Shown: positions 47,513-56,493 of the stretch, in pieces
Layout of the letters: each line of letters starts with the position of its first letter
Position numbering within the stretch: position 1 is the first letter of the stretch
DNA from: Sumerlaeia bacterium
GTDB lineage: Bacteria > Sumerlaeota > Sumerlaeia > SLMS01 > JAHLLQ01
Length of the DNA stretch: 64,000 bases
Reading direction: 5' to 3'
NCBI GenBank assembly: GCA_040219255.1
Contig: JAVJSW010000060.1
Location: 128,001 to 192,000 of the forward strand
Notes under the pieces: model-generated
Told to the model about the DNA's origin: nothing
The model's database searches: none
What the model saw: the letters and a program-made list of their open reading frames with translations, nothing else
Made by a program: the position numbers and the translations under genes

Positions 47513-48013
47513 ATGGCGGAGAGCCGATCGACAACACTTGAGTTAATACTGACGCGCGTTGAGACATGGCAGGGAATCGCCATCGAGCGGGAAGACCACG
47601 GGCAAGTCGTGATCCTTTGCAAAGGCGAGCCCTTGGCGCGCACCATCGGCGAGGAAGCGCTGCAGATCGCCTTCCGCGGTCCCTTGCGCGAGAAAATGAG
47701 TCAAGTCCAGCAATCGTTCGCTGGACCTGTTCGCATGGAGGAGAACAACGCCGCGGTGGTGAGCCTGACCGGGCCCCGCGCCGTGGAGGAGCCCATCCGG
47801 CTCTTGCTCAATGCCTACATGATGGCGCAGAAAACCGATGCGCGGGAATGGAGTCTGGATCGCGATCCCGCCGAGGCCCCGGCGGCCCGCGGGGCGCAGG
47901 CGCCGGAATCGGCGCACCATGCCTTTTCTTCCCTGGCGCCGAAACATGAGCATGAAACCCGCAGCCATGCCAGGCCGCAGAAGCCGCAGCCCAACAACAG
48001 CTACGCCAAATGA
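47513..48013 (+). CDS. Hypothetical protein
   Basis: Fills the gap between neighbours; GGAGAGG RBS before ATG; globular N-terminus and disordered tail. Confidence 0.6.
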   Translation: MAESRSTTLELILTRVETWQGIAIEREDHGQVVILCKGEPLARTIGEEALQIAFRGPLREKMSQVQQSFAGPVRMEENNAAVVSLTGPRAVEEPIRLLLNAYMMAQKTDAREWSLDRDPAEAPAARGAQAPESAHHAFSSLAPKHEHETRSHARPQKPQPNNSYAK

Positions 48014-48042
48014 AGGTCGCACGAGCGGGAAGAGACTGATAG

Positions 48043-48447
48043 TTAGCCCGGTGCCAATATTTCGGCACCGGCCACGCCCAGCCGCACGGCGGCGAATCCG
48101 GCCAGGAGCGTCACGGTGAGGTAGATCGCCCCGAGCCAATAGTTGCCGTCGGTCACGAAACGATGCGTTTCGAACTTCAGCGTCGAAAACGTCGTCAACG
48201 ACCCCAGATAACCGGTCGCGACGCCGTACTTCAGGGCCGTCTCCCAGGGATGGCCCGCTCCTTTTTGCGCCAGCCACCCGCCCACGAGCCCCAGGAAGAA
48301 CGCTCCGCCCACGTTGGCTACGAACGTTCCCCAGGGAAAGCGCGCCCCCGCCGGATCGTTGTAGAGTCCGGCGATCAGGAACCGCGTCACCGCGCCCAGG
48401 GCCCCGCCGCCCGCCACCAGAAGCAAATTGATCGTGTTTCCGCTCAT
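48043..48447 (-). CDS. crcB: Fluoride efflux channel FluC/CrcB
   Basis: GGALGAVTR, FPWGTFVANV.G, TGYLGSLTTFST. Confidence 0.92.
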   Translation of the reverse strand: MSGNTINLLLVAGGGALGAVTRFLIAGLYNDPAGARFPWGTFVANVGGAFFLGLVGGWLAQKGAGHPWETALKYGVATGYLGSLTTFSTLKFETHRFVTDGNYWLGAIYLTVTLLAGFAAVRLGVAGAEILAPG

Positions 48448-48448
48448 G

Positions 48449-49579
48449 TCAGGCGCTCTCTCGCGGATGCTGGCGAATCCGCTGCGCCATGGCCTCGGCG
48501 GTTTCTTCCCAGGTGCGGGCGGCCTCGGGCTTGAGGGACGGGCCGATGCCCGCGGCAAGGGCTTCTCCGCAAGCCGCGATGAAGGCGCCGCTGTCCCCGG
48601 CGACGCGGACCACGGCGCCGTAATCGTCCACCACGTCGGGGATGGGCACCGAGACCACGGGCCGGCCGGAGGCGAGGTATTCGGGCGTTTTGGTGGGGCT
48701 CATGAATCGGGTCAGTTCGTTCACCTTCCACGGAATCAGGCAGACGTCGAACCCGCGAAGGACCTCGGGCAGTTTGTCGTAGGGCTTGGGGCCGAGGTAG
48801 TGGAGGTTCGGCAGTTCCACCGGCGGCCGATTCATCAGGACGAGGGGGCCGATCAGGGCCACGGACCACTGGGGCCGGGCCTCGCAGACGGCGCGCAGCA
48901 ACTCCCAGTCGATGCGTTCGTCCACCGCACCGAAGTAACCGAGGACGGGTTTCTTGAGAGCCGCGACGGCGGGCTCGACGGGTCCGGGCTCGGCGCCCCG
49001 GGCGAAGTGCGGATAGTCGATACCGCTGGGAAAGCAGTGCATGTTGGGATTCGATCCTTCGCGCTGGCGGTGGAGGCTCCGGCCGCCGGTGAAGACCAGG
49101 TCCGCCCGCGCCAGAAGCTCTTTCTCCAGGCCGGGAATGTGAGACGCCGTGGAGGAAAAGGACTGAAACGGGTCCATGCAGTCGTAGACCAGGAGGTCGT
49201 GGGGCAGCAGGTCGAGGTGGGGAAGGAAGCACGGGTGCTGGACCCAGAGGACGCGGCGGCCCGGATCGGCGCCCTGAAGAAACGCCTGACCCGCGCGGCA
49301 GAGGAGGGCTTCGGAGAGGCGGCGCACCGGCTGGAAGCGCTTGGAGCCGGGGACGAAGGGCAGGTTCTTCGCGCGGCCGCGTTCACCGATGGCGAGCGTG
49401 CGTTCGCTGGCGGGCAGGCGGAGCCACTTTTTCGAACTCATCAGCGTCAGGTAGAGGACCTCGTGGCCGAGGGCCTCGAAGCGCGTCATGAGCTGCTGGG
49501 GGCGTTGAAAGAGGTTTCGCTCCCACACGAGGTGGGAGAGGCAGAGGATTCGGAGGGGCGGATCGTTGGGCAGGCTCAT
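48449..49579 (-). CDS. GT-B glycosyltransferase (GT4-like)
   Basis: SHLVW...FQRPQQLM, VYDCMD, GYFGAVDER, PTKTPEYLASGRPVVS. Confidence 0.88.
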   Translation of the reverse strand: MSLPNDPPLRILCLSHLVWERNLFQRPQQLMTRFEALGHEVLYLTLMSSKKWLRLPASERTLAIGERGRAKNLPFVPGSKRFQPVRRLSEALLCRAGQAFLQGADPGRRVLWVQHPCFLPHLDLLPHDLLVYDCMDPFQSFSSTASHIPGLEKELLARADLVFTGGRSLHRQREGSNPNMHCFPSGIDYPHFARGAEPGPVEPAVAALKKPVLGYFGAVDERIDWELLRAVCEARPQWSVALIGPLVLMNRPPVELPNLHYLGPKPYDKLPEVLRGFDVCLIPWKVNELTRFMSPTKTPEYLASGRPVVSVPIPDVVDDYGAVVRVAGDSGAFIAACGEALAAGIGPSLKPEAARTWEETAEAMAQRIRQHPRESA

Positions 49580-49682
49580 GGCGGGTGGGAGCTTGTGCGC
49601 GGCGGCGGCCCGTGGCAAGGGGACGATGCGCGACACACCTGAGGCTTGCCACGGCGGGGCGTTTGCGGTCAGCACATCGCCT

Positions 49683-51032
49683 ATGAAAACGCCCGCCTTC
49701 CTCACCCCCGCCCGCCGCCTGCTCGCGCTCAAGATCGTCTTCGGATTGTTCCTGGCCTTCAGCTTCGTCCGCAGCATCGACCAGATCTGGGACTACAACG
49801 ATTTCGAGGTTTTCTACTTCGCCGGTCAGCTCGCCGCCGAGCGCAGCCCTGAACTGTTCGATCTCGACTCGCCGGTCAAGGGCCGCCCGTACCTGTACCC
49901 GCCCATCGCGGCGATCACGTTCATTCCGCTGGGGGCGTTGCCCTACAAGGTGGCGGCCGTCGCTTGGTCGGTACTGAAGGTCTTCGCCCTCGCGGCGTTG
50001 CTCCTGGGGGCGGTGGCGTCTTCGCGGCCCAGCCCGTGGTGGGCGTTCGACCTGCGGTTTTGGGGGGTCGTCATGCTGACGCTGCTCGTCACGGCACGGT
50101 TCATTGATGGCGATATCAAGGGTGGCCAGATCAACATCCTGGTGGCCGCGCTCAGCGTCTGGGGCGTGTACGGCATGATGCTGTGGCGGAGGCTGTGGTG
50201 GCTTGGGGCGTTGCTGCTGTCGTTCGGCGTGGCGCTGAAACTGACGCCGCTGTTGCTGCTGGCGGTGCCGTTTCTGCATCGGCGGTGGGGCGGGCTGGCG
50301 GTGTGCCTGGTGGCGTCGGCGGTTTTCCTGATGGTGGTGCCGAGGGTTTACTACGGCGGCGAAGCAGCCACCCACCTGTCCGAGCGCATGAGCGCCGCGA
50401 CGGACGAGAGCATTCTCTCCGCCAAGTATCGCGATCGCCAAGTTTCCCTCAGCGAAGTCCTTCTGTTCTCTCTCGCCCAGGCGCAGATGCCGGACGGCGT
50501 GTTCGAGCGGAAGGGCGATTACTACACCCGCGATGCCGATGGCGAGCGGCAGGAGTACTCGGTGCCCGATCCGATTTCGGCGGGCGCGGCGAAGGGCTTC
50601 ATTTTGGCGGTGGCGGTGTTGGCGGGGTTCCTGTTTCTGGCGGTGCGGTGGAAACTGTTCCAAGGGCGCGGAGGCGATTGGACCTGGGATTTGGCGATGC
50701 TGTGCGCGATCACGTTCTTGCTGGTGCCGTTGGTGCGCAAGGCGCACCTGGTGTTGCTGATCGTGCCGGTGGCGTGGGTGATCCGGCGGGTTTGGGACGA
50801 GGTGGCAGCGGATGCCGAGGGCTGGCGCGGGTTCATGCGGCGGCGCAAGGTGGCGGCCGGCCTGGCCCTGGCGAGCGGCGTGCTGCTGCTGCTGTCCGAT
50901 GACGTGGCGCTGCCCGTTCCCGGTTTCGCGGCGCCGCTGCGGGCGAGTTTGACGGTGGCGCTCTTCGCGCTGATCGGGGCGTGTGTGGCGCTGGGGCGAG
51001 ATGCGCTTCAAGCGGCTCCTGTGGATCGCTGA
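49683..51032 (+). CDS. GT87/DUF2029-like polytopic GT-C glycosyltransferase
   Basis: NDFEVFY, YLYPP, GQIN, KLTP; many TM helices. Confidence 0.82.
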   Translation: MKTPAFLTPARRLLALKIVFGLFLAFSFVRSIDQIWDYNDFEVFYFAGQLAAERSPELFDLDSPVKGRPYLYPPIAAITFIPLGALPYKVAAVAWSVLKVFALAALLLGAVASSRPSPWWAFDLRFWGVVMLTLLVTARFIDGDIKGGQINILVAALSVWGVYGMMLWRRLWWLGALLLSFGVALKLTPLLLLAVPFLHRRWGGLAVCLVASAVFLMVVPRVYYGGEAATHLSERMSAATDESILSAKYRDRQVSLSEVLLFSLAQAQMPDGVFERKGDYYTRDADGERQEYSVPDPISAGAAKGFILAVAVLAGFLFLAVRWKLFQGRGGDWTWDLAMLCAITFLLVPLVRKAHLVLLIVPVAWVIRRVWDEVAADAEGWRGFMRRRKVAAGLALASGVLLLLSDDVALPVPGFAAPLRASLTVALFALIGACVALGRDALQAAPVDR

Positions 51033-51039
51033 CGCTCAC

Positions 51040-52827
51040 TCACGGCAAGCGCTGCCGGACGATGTCGGCCACATCGAAAACGCCGTCGTCGTTGCCATCA
51101 ACCGTGTCGAGTTGACCTTCCATCAGGCCGCCGTTGAGCAGGCCAGGCAGCGATGCCAAAACCCAAAGGCCATCGTCTCCATCCTCATCGCGCCCCAGGA
51201 CCAGCAAAGCCCCCTGGCTGCCCCATTCAGCCCGCCGGACAGAGGAGAGGTCTGGAGCGGAAGTGACCTGCGTGAACTGTCCGGGCGCGAGAGTGGACTG
51301 GATCCGCAGGGGCTGCTGGGAGTCGGCGAGCCAGTCTCCAGAGATCGCGATGAGCGTCTCTTCCCGGCTGACGAGCGCGTCGAGAGCGAACCGCGGATTG
51401 TCGTCGGCGACTTCGAAAAGCCGCACTGGAGCGGGTCCACCCGGCACTGTGGCGGCCGAATAGAGGCCGAAGGAACCTCCGGTGGCGCTGGACAGAAAGA
51501 GGACTCTGTCCAACGTGGGCAGGTACTGCACCTGGGGCCGTGAATCCAGGGGCAGTCCCGCCGTGAGGAGGGCCAACCCAGAGGAACCGTCGCTCGCCAC
51601 GGAATAGACGCCTTGGGTTTCGCCGTCCGGGCCGCTGGAGGTGAAGACCAGTTGGCCGTTGGGAAACAGCTCGGCGTCATCGATGTCGAAGAGCGAGCCG
51701 GTGAGGGCGACGGGTGCGTTCTGAAAAGCCGGGTCGAACCGAAGAAGCACCGCCCTCGATTCGAGGCCTTTGGCTGGCTGTGGCTGCACGAAAAAGAAGT
51801 GCGGGTTGTCGCGGGTCAGATCGCCGCTCGAGACCGCATCGCCGAGATATTCACCTTTACGGAAAGTGGCTGCCGTCAGGTCGAGAATGGCGGTGCTTCG
51901 GACCGAGCCCGGATCGTCGAAAATGGTGTAGGCCTCATAGCGCCCCGAACCAGCCGTTCCTTCGCTGAGGAAAGTGTCTTCCACCGCCAGGGTCTGGGCG
52001 GTGGGGGTGGGGCCAGCCGAGTAAAGGAGCAGATGGGTGCCATCGTCTTGCCGGGCTTGCACGAGGAGGCGGCCATCATCAAGTACGTCGATGTCGCCAT
52101 AGGAGTTCGCGGTACCGATTTCCGCCAGGGGAAGACCGGTTTGGAGGCTGATTATGGCGAGGACGCTCGTTTCATCGAGGCCGGGCAATGGAGCGACGGT
52201 GGCCGTGCCGTCTGGCAGGACGTTCGAACCCAGATCGAGAAGCAGGTTGGGCGACCCGAATGGCATGGTTGGCAGGGTGATCGGCGTCCCGCTGGTGTCT
52301 CTGAGGAGGACGGGAGCAGCGTCGAAATCCACCGGCCAGAAAGCGAACTGTTCGCCGGCGGTGCCTGCGGGCGTTCCCTTGGCGAACCAGGCTCCCGGAA
52401 TACCAAGGGCGAAGAACGAGTCGCTTCCGGCCCATTCCAGCGGCGGGCCGTACAGATCGCGGACCCGGTTGTCGGAGACGCGGATTTGAAAGTCGTAGTT
52501 TTCCCCGGTGCCTAAAAGGGTGAGCGCGATGCCACGCTGCTGACCCAAAAAGCTGATGAAGGAGGAAAAGTGCCCGGCGGAGGTCACGGCCTCCGCGAGC
52601 GGCTCCACTGTGGACGGAGAAGAGATCGAGAAGCGCGAGACATCCGCATCGGATGTCAGCACATAAACCTGGTTGGTTGCCTCGTCGATGCTGAAGTCCG
52701 CGAGTTCCTCGTCAGCTTCGAGGCCAAGAGGCACCGGCAGAAGAAAGCCGGTATCCTGGGCGGAAGCGAGAGGACAAAGCCAGAATGTGACCACCAGGGC
52801 CACTGGCCAGACGCATAGGGAGCGCAT
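51040..52827 (-). CDS. Secreted beta-propeller-like protein with C-terminal dockerin/EF-hand-like motif
   Basis: AGGAGG RBS, signal peptide ASA|Q, beta-rich body, ends DGNDDGVFDVADIV. Confidence 0.7.
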   Translation of the reverse strand: MRSLCVWPVALVVTFWLCPLASAQDTGFLLPVPLGLEADEELADFSIDEATNQVYVLTSDADVSRFSISSPSTVEPLAEAVTSAGHFSSFISFLGQQRGIALTLLGTGENYDFQIRVSDNRVRDLYGPPLEWAGSDSFFALGIPGAWFAKGTPAGTAGEQFAFWPVDFDAAPVLLRDTSGTPITLPTMPFGSPNLLLDLGSNVLPDGTATVAPLPGLDETSVLAIISLQTGLPLAEIGTANSYGDIDVLDDGRLLVQARQDDGTHLLLYSAGPTPTAQTLAVEDTFLSEGTAGSGRYEAYTIFDDPGSVRSTAILDLTAATFRKGEYLGDAVSSGDLTRDNPHFFFVQPQPAKGLESRAVLLRFDPAFQNAPVALTGSLFDIDDAELFPNGQLVFTSSGPDGETQGVYSVASDGSSGLALLTAGLPLDSRPQVQYLPTLDRVLFLSSATGGSFGLYSAATVPGGPAPVRLFEVADDNPRFALDALVSREETLIAISGDWLADSQQPLRIQSTLAPGQFTQVTSAPDLSSVRRAEWGSQGALLVLGRDEDGDDGLWVLASLPGLLNGGLMEGQLDTVDGNDDGVFDVADIVRQRLP

Positions 52828-53046
52828 GTCGTTTCCTCCTTTGGCATCCGGCAGAACGCCTCGGCGATTTGTGGAGTGTCTATCGCTTGGCAACCGGCCG
52901 GCCGGAATCAAGGAGAAAGCCCTTTGGCGTCCGCCAGAGCGCGGTGGTATGCGGAAGGCCAATCAGCGCATTGACACCCGGCAGAGGTCCGCCACAGCCT
53001 TGCCCGCAACTTATTCACTCTCCGGCAAAGAGGCCTATTCCCGGTA

Positions 53047-54342
53047 ATGACTTCCCTTTCGACCCACAGCCACCGCCCCTTCGCCTACGGCGAGGACGGC
53101 GTGCTTCATTGCGATGGCGTGCGCCTTGACGATCTCGCCCGCGAGCACGGCACGCCTCTGTTCGTTTACGGAGCGGGGGGCCTGCGGCGCGGGTTTCGGC
53201 GCATCCGCGATGCCTTCGCCGCCGCCAATCCGATGATCGCCTACAGTGTCAAAGCGAACGACAACCTGGCGATTCTCAAGCTTCTGGACAAGGAAGGGGC
53301 GGCCTTTGACATCGTGTCCGGTGGCGAGCTGGAACGCATCCGCCGGGCCGGAATCAGTGGCGACCGGGTGATTTTCGCCGGCGTCGGCAAGACTTTCACC
53401 GAAATCCGCGACGCCATTCGCTACGGCGTGCGCGAGTTCAACGTCGAGTCCCTGGGGGAGGCGGAGCGCATCGCCACGGTGGCGCAGGAGTTGGGCACCG
53501 AGGCGGCGATCGCTCTGCGCGTGAACCCGGAAGTGGACGCGAAAACCCACGCCTACATCACCACCGGCAAGAAAGAGAACAAGTTCGGCATGGCCTGGGA
53601 GGATGTGCTGAAGCTGTGCGAGCGCATCGCGGGGATGAAGGGCCTGCGGCTCGAAGGCCTGCACGCCCACATCGGCTCGCAGATTCTCGACAGTTCGCCC
53701 CACCAGCAAGCCACCGCGGTGGTGGACACGTTCCTGACGACGCTGGCGGAGCGGGGGATGAAGCTGAAGACGCTGAACTTTGGCGGCGGGTTCGGGATTT
53801 CCTATCGGCCGGAGCAGAAGCCGCTGGAGCTGGGGCCGGTGGCGGAGGTGGTGGTTGGCTTGGCGAAACGCCATGGCTTGCAGCTCTTCATGGAACCGGG
53901 CCGCAGTATCGTGGGGCCGATCGGAGCGTTGGTGACGGAAGTGCAGTACATCAAGCCGGGGCGCGAGAAGACGTTCGTGATTGTGGACGGAGCGATGACC
54001 GAGCTGATCCGTCCGTCCCTCTACCAAGCCTATCACGAAATCGTTCCGGTGCGCCAGCCCGCGCCAGGGGCCACCCGGGCCACGGTGGACGTTGTGGGGC
54101 CGGTGTGCGAGAGCGCGGACTTCCTGGCGCAGGGCCGGGAAATGATCGTGCCGGCTTCCGGAGAATTCCTGGCCGTGCTGGACGCCGGGGCCTATTGCTC
54201 GGTGATGTCGACCAATTACAACGCCCGCTGCCGTCCAGCGGAGATCTTGATCGAGGAAGACGGCGAAGCTCATGTGGTTCGCCACCGCCAGACGTACGAC
54301 GATTTGTTGCGCCACGAGTCCGTACCCTCGCATTTGGAGTGA
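53047..54342 (+). CDS. lysA: Diaminopimelate decarboxylase
   Basis: GTPLFVY, YSVKAN, SGGEL, KFG, HIGSQ, GGGFG, EPGR, GPVCES.D, GAY...M.TNYN. Confidence 0.97.
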   Translation: MTSLSTHSHRPFAYGEDGVLHCDGVRLDDLAREHGTPLFVYGAGGLRRGFRRIRDAFAAANPMIAYSVKANDNLAILKLLDKEGAAFDIVSGGELERIRRAGISGDRVIFAGVGKTFTEIRDAIRYGVREFNVESLGEAERIATVAQELGTEAAIALRVNPEVDAKTHAYITTGKKENKFGMAWEDVLKLCERIAGMKGLRLEGLHAHIGSQILDSSPHQQATAVVDTFLTTLAERGMKLKTLNFGGGFGISYRPEQKPLELGPVAEVVVGLAKRHGLQLFMEPGRSIVGPIGALVTEVQYIKPGREKTFVIVDGAMTELIRPSLYQAYHEIVPVRQPAPGATRATVDVVGPVCESADFLAQGREMIVPASGEFLAVLDAGAYCSVMSTNYNARCRPAEILIEEDGEAHVVRHRQTYDDLLRHESVPSHLE

Positions 54343-54452
54343 TCGGCCGTGCTGGTTTCCCTCGATTTCCATCTTGAGTTTGGCAGACTGTCCCAGGATT
54401 CGGGGCAACCCCACCCATTGACGTCCATTCAAACGGGACTCTTCTCGCCACC

Positions 54453-55760
54453 GTGACCGCCGAGCCGTACAGTGTCCTGATTATCGAGGACAACAAGACC
54501 GACGCGATGATCCTCAACAAGATCATCACCAAGCACGCGCTCGCCAAAGTGCAGGTGGTTTCCGACGGGCTCGAGGGACTGACCGAGTGCTTTCGCCTCC
54601 GGCCCGACACCTTGATTCTGGACCTGGAATTGCCGGGCATCCGGGGCGAGGAAATCTGCCGTTTGATCCGCTCGTCATCGACCTTGCGCGATCTTCCCAT
54701 TCTGGTCGTGTCCGAACTGCCGGACGCCAAGCGCCGCGAGATGGAAATGCTGCGCCTCGGCGCCGATCACTACATGGAGAAACCCTTCGTCGAAGTCGAC
54801 TTCGTCGCGGCGCTGCGCAACCTTCTGCATCAATGCGAAGACAGCACCGTGATCGAGTCGAGCGACGCGCTGCCGCTCGATGACTTGCAGGATCCTCTGG
54901 CGGACACGGAAGAAAGCCTTGGGCGGCATGAACCGGCCGACTCGATCCAGACTTTTCAGGGCTATCACCTGCTCGATGTCCTCGGCGCCGGCGGCATGGG
55001 CACGGTCTATCGCGCCCAGCAGATCAAACTGATGCGGACCGTGGCGCTCAAGGTTTTGCTGGAGCACTTCACCCAGGACCACCAGGTCCGGCGCCGATTC
55101 CAGCGCGAAGCCCTGATCATGGCCCAGGTCAATCACAACAACATCGTGCAGGTCTACGACGTCGGCAACACGGAGTACACCTCGTACTTCGCCATGGAGT
55201 ATGTGGATGGGCCATCGCTGCACGCGATGATTATCGAGGAGTCGCTGAACTGGCCGATGGTCGCGCGGGTCGTCGGCGAAGTGTGCGACGCGGTGGCATA
55301 CCTTCATTCCCAGGGCATCATCCACCGCGATATCAAACCGTCGAACATCCTGATCAACGGAAACGGCGTGGCGAAGATGACCGACTTCGGCATCAGCCGC
55401 GCCAAGCTGCCCGTCGACATCAGCCAAGTGGAAGACACCACCAACGAATACGCGATCCTGGGGACGATGAATTACATGGCGCCGGAACTGCTCTATGGCG
55501 GGGCGGCGACGGAGTTGACGGATCAGTTCGCCATGGGGCGGACGTTCTGGCGGCTCCTGGTCGGGATGGATGCGTTCGATCTGGACAAGCCATTGCACGC
55601 GTACCGGCCCGATCTGCCGATCGAATTGAGCAAGGCGATCGGTCGCTGCATGGATCCGGCGCCGGACCGCCGCTATCCCTCCATCGCGGCGGCGAAAGAG
55701 GCGATCCTGGCGGAGATCGAGGTGGCCCAGCACTTGGCGCCGGTGTACCGCGAGAGCTGA
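54453..55760 (+). CDS. Response-regulator receiver fused to Hanks-type Ser/Thr kinase
   Basis: IEDN, LDLELPG, EKPF; then GAGGMG, VALK, HRDIKPSN, DFG, YMAPE. Confidence 0.92.
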   Translation: MTAEPYSVLIIEDNKTDAMILNKIITKHALAKVQVVSDGLEGLTECFRLRPDTLILDLELPGIRGEEICRLIRSSSTLRDLPILVVSELPDAKRREMEMLRLGADHYMEKPFVEVDFVAALRNLLHQCEDSTVIESSDALPLDDLQDPLADTEESLGRHEPADSIQTFQGYHLLDVLGAGGMGTVYRAQQIKLMRTVALKVLLEHFTQDHQVRRRFQREALIMAQVNHNNIVQVYDVGNTEYTSYFAMEYVDGPSLHAMIIEESLNWPMVARVVGEVCDAVAYLHSQGIIHRDIKPSNILINGNGVAKMTDFGISRAKLPVDISQVEDTTNEYAILGTMNYMAPELLYGGAATELTDQFAMGRTFWRLLVGMDAFDLDKPLHAYRPDLPIELSKAIGRCMDPAPDRRYPSIAAAKEAILAEIEVAQHLAPVYRES

Positions 55761-55777
55761 GAATCCAAGCGAACACG

Positions 55778-55812
55778 AAAAAAGCCACCCCGGCGAAGAG
55801 AACCGGAGTGGC
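55778..55812 (-). terminator. Rho-independent terminator (minus strand)
   Basis: rc GCCACTCCGG...CCGGGGTGGC then TTTTTT. Confidence 0.7.
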
Positions 55813-55863
55813 GTGAATCGGAGACATCTTTGTTCCGGCGGGGAGCCGGAGAAGATGGAGGGT

Positions 55864-56055
55864 TTAGGAGTGCGGACCGCCCCGCAGAAGTTGCGTCAGG
55901 ACCAGGGCGGCGGTGCAGAGGCCCGCCACCAGCAAGGACAGGGCGAAAGCGGCTGTCATGGACTTGCTGACCACCGACTTGCGGTGATCTTGATCCGCGG
56001 CGACTTCGCGGACGCGTTCAGGGTCTACGGCCCCGGGGCCGTGAGGCATGGCCAT
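55864..56055 (-). CDS. Small single-TM membrane protein
   Basis: AAGGAG RBS-like sequence upstream; one hydrophobic helix; lies between rne and the terminator. Exact ATG uncertain. Confidence 0.55.
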   Translation of the reverse strand: MAMPHGPGAVDPERVREVAADQDHRKSVVSKSMTAAFALSLLVAGLCTAALVLTQLLRGGPHS

Positions 56056-56124
56056 GGTACATGGTCTCCTTCATGTGCGGTCGTCCCTCTTCTTTTGGAA
56101 GGCGGGACGATGATTGGACGGCGG

Positions 56125-56493
56125 TTAGCCTTTCGCCTTCTTGGCGGCCTTTTTGGCGGAGGACTTCTTCGCCGCGCCGGCAGGCTTCGCCGCCGCAGCT
56201 TTCTTAGGAGCCGCCGCTTTCGGGGTCGAGGCTTTCTTTGCCGCCGCCGCCTTCTTGGGAGCAGCCGCCTTCTTAGGTGCCGCGGCTTTCTTGGGAGCGA
56301 CCGCCTTCTTGGGAGCAGCCGCTTTCTTCGGGGCGGCGGCCTTCTTGGGCGCAGCCGCCTTCTTGGGAGCGGGCTTCGGCTCGGCGGGGGTTTCCGCCGC
56401 TACGGGCTCTTTGGGAGCGACCGCTTTTTTCGCCGCCTTCTTGGTGGCCGTCTTCTTCGCGGCGGGCTTCGTGGTGGACTTCTTCTTGGCCAT
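56125..56493 (-). CDS. Nested in-frame histone H1-like Lys/Ala/Pro-rich protein (122 aa)
   Basis: GGAGG-8nt-ATG then MAKKKSTTKPAAKK...; shares the stop codon with the rne ORF. Confidence 0.6.
   Translation of the reverse strand: MAKKKSTTKPAAKKTATKKAAKKAVAPKEPVAAETPAEPKPAPKKAAAPKKAAAPKKAAAPKKAVAPKKAAAPKKAAAPKKAAAAKKASTPKAAAPKKAAAAKPAGAAKKSSAKKAAKKAKG

Noticed and set aside
52828-53046. Lysine riboswitch upstream of lysA
   Set aside because: No recognisable L-box architecture in the short divergent gap
56245-56370. 18-nt tandem repeat as a non-coding array
   Set aside because: In-frame coding repeat with synonymous variation
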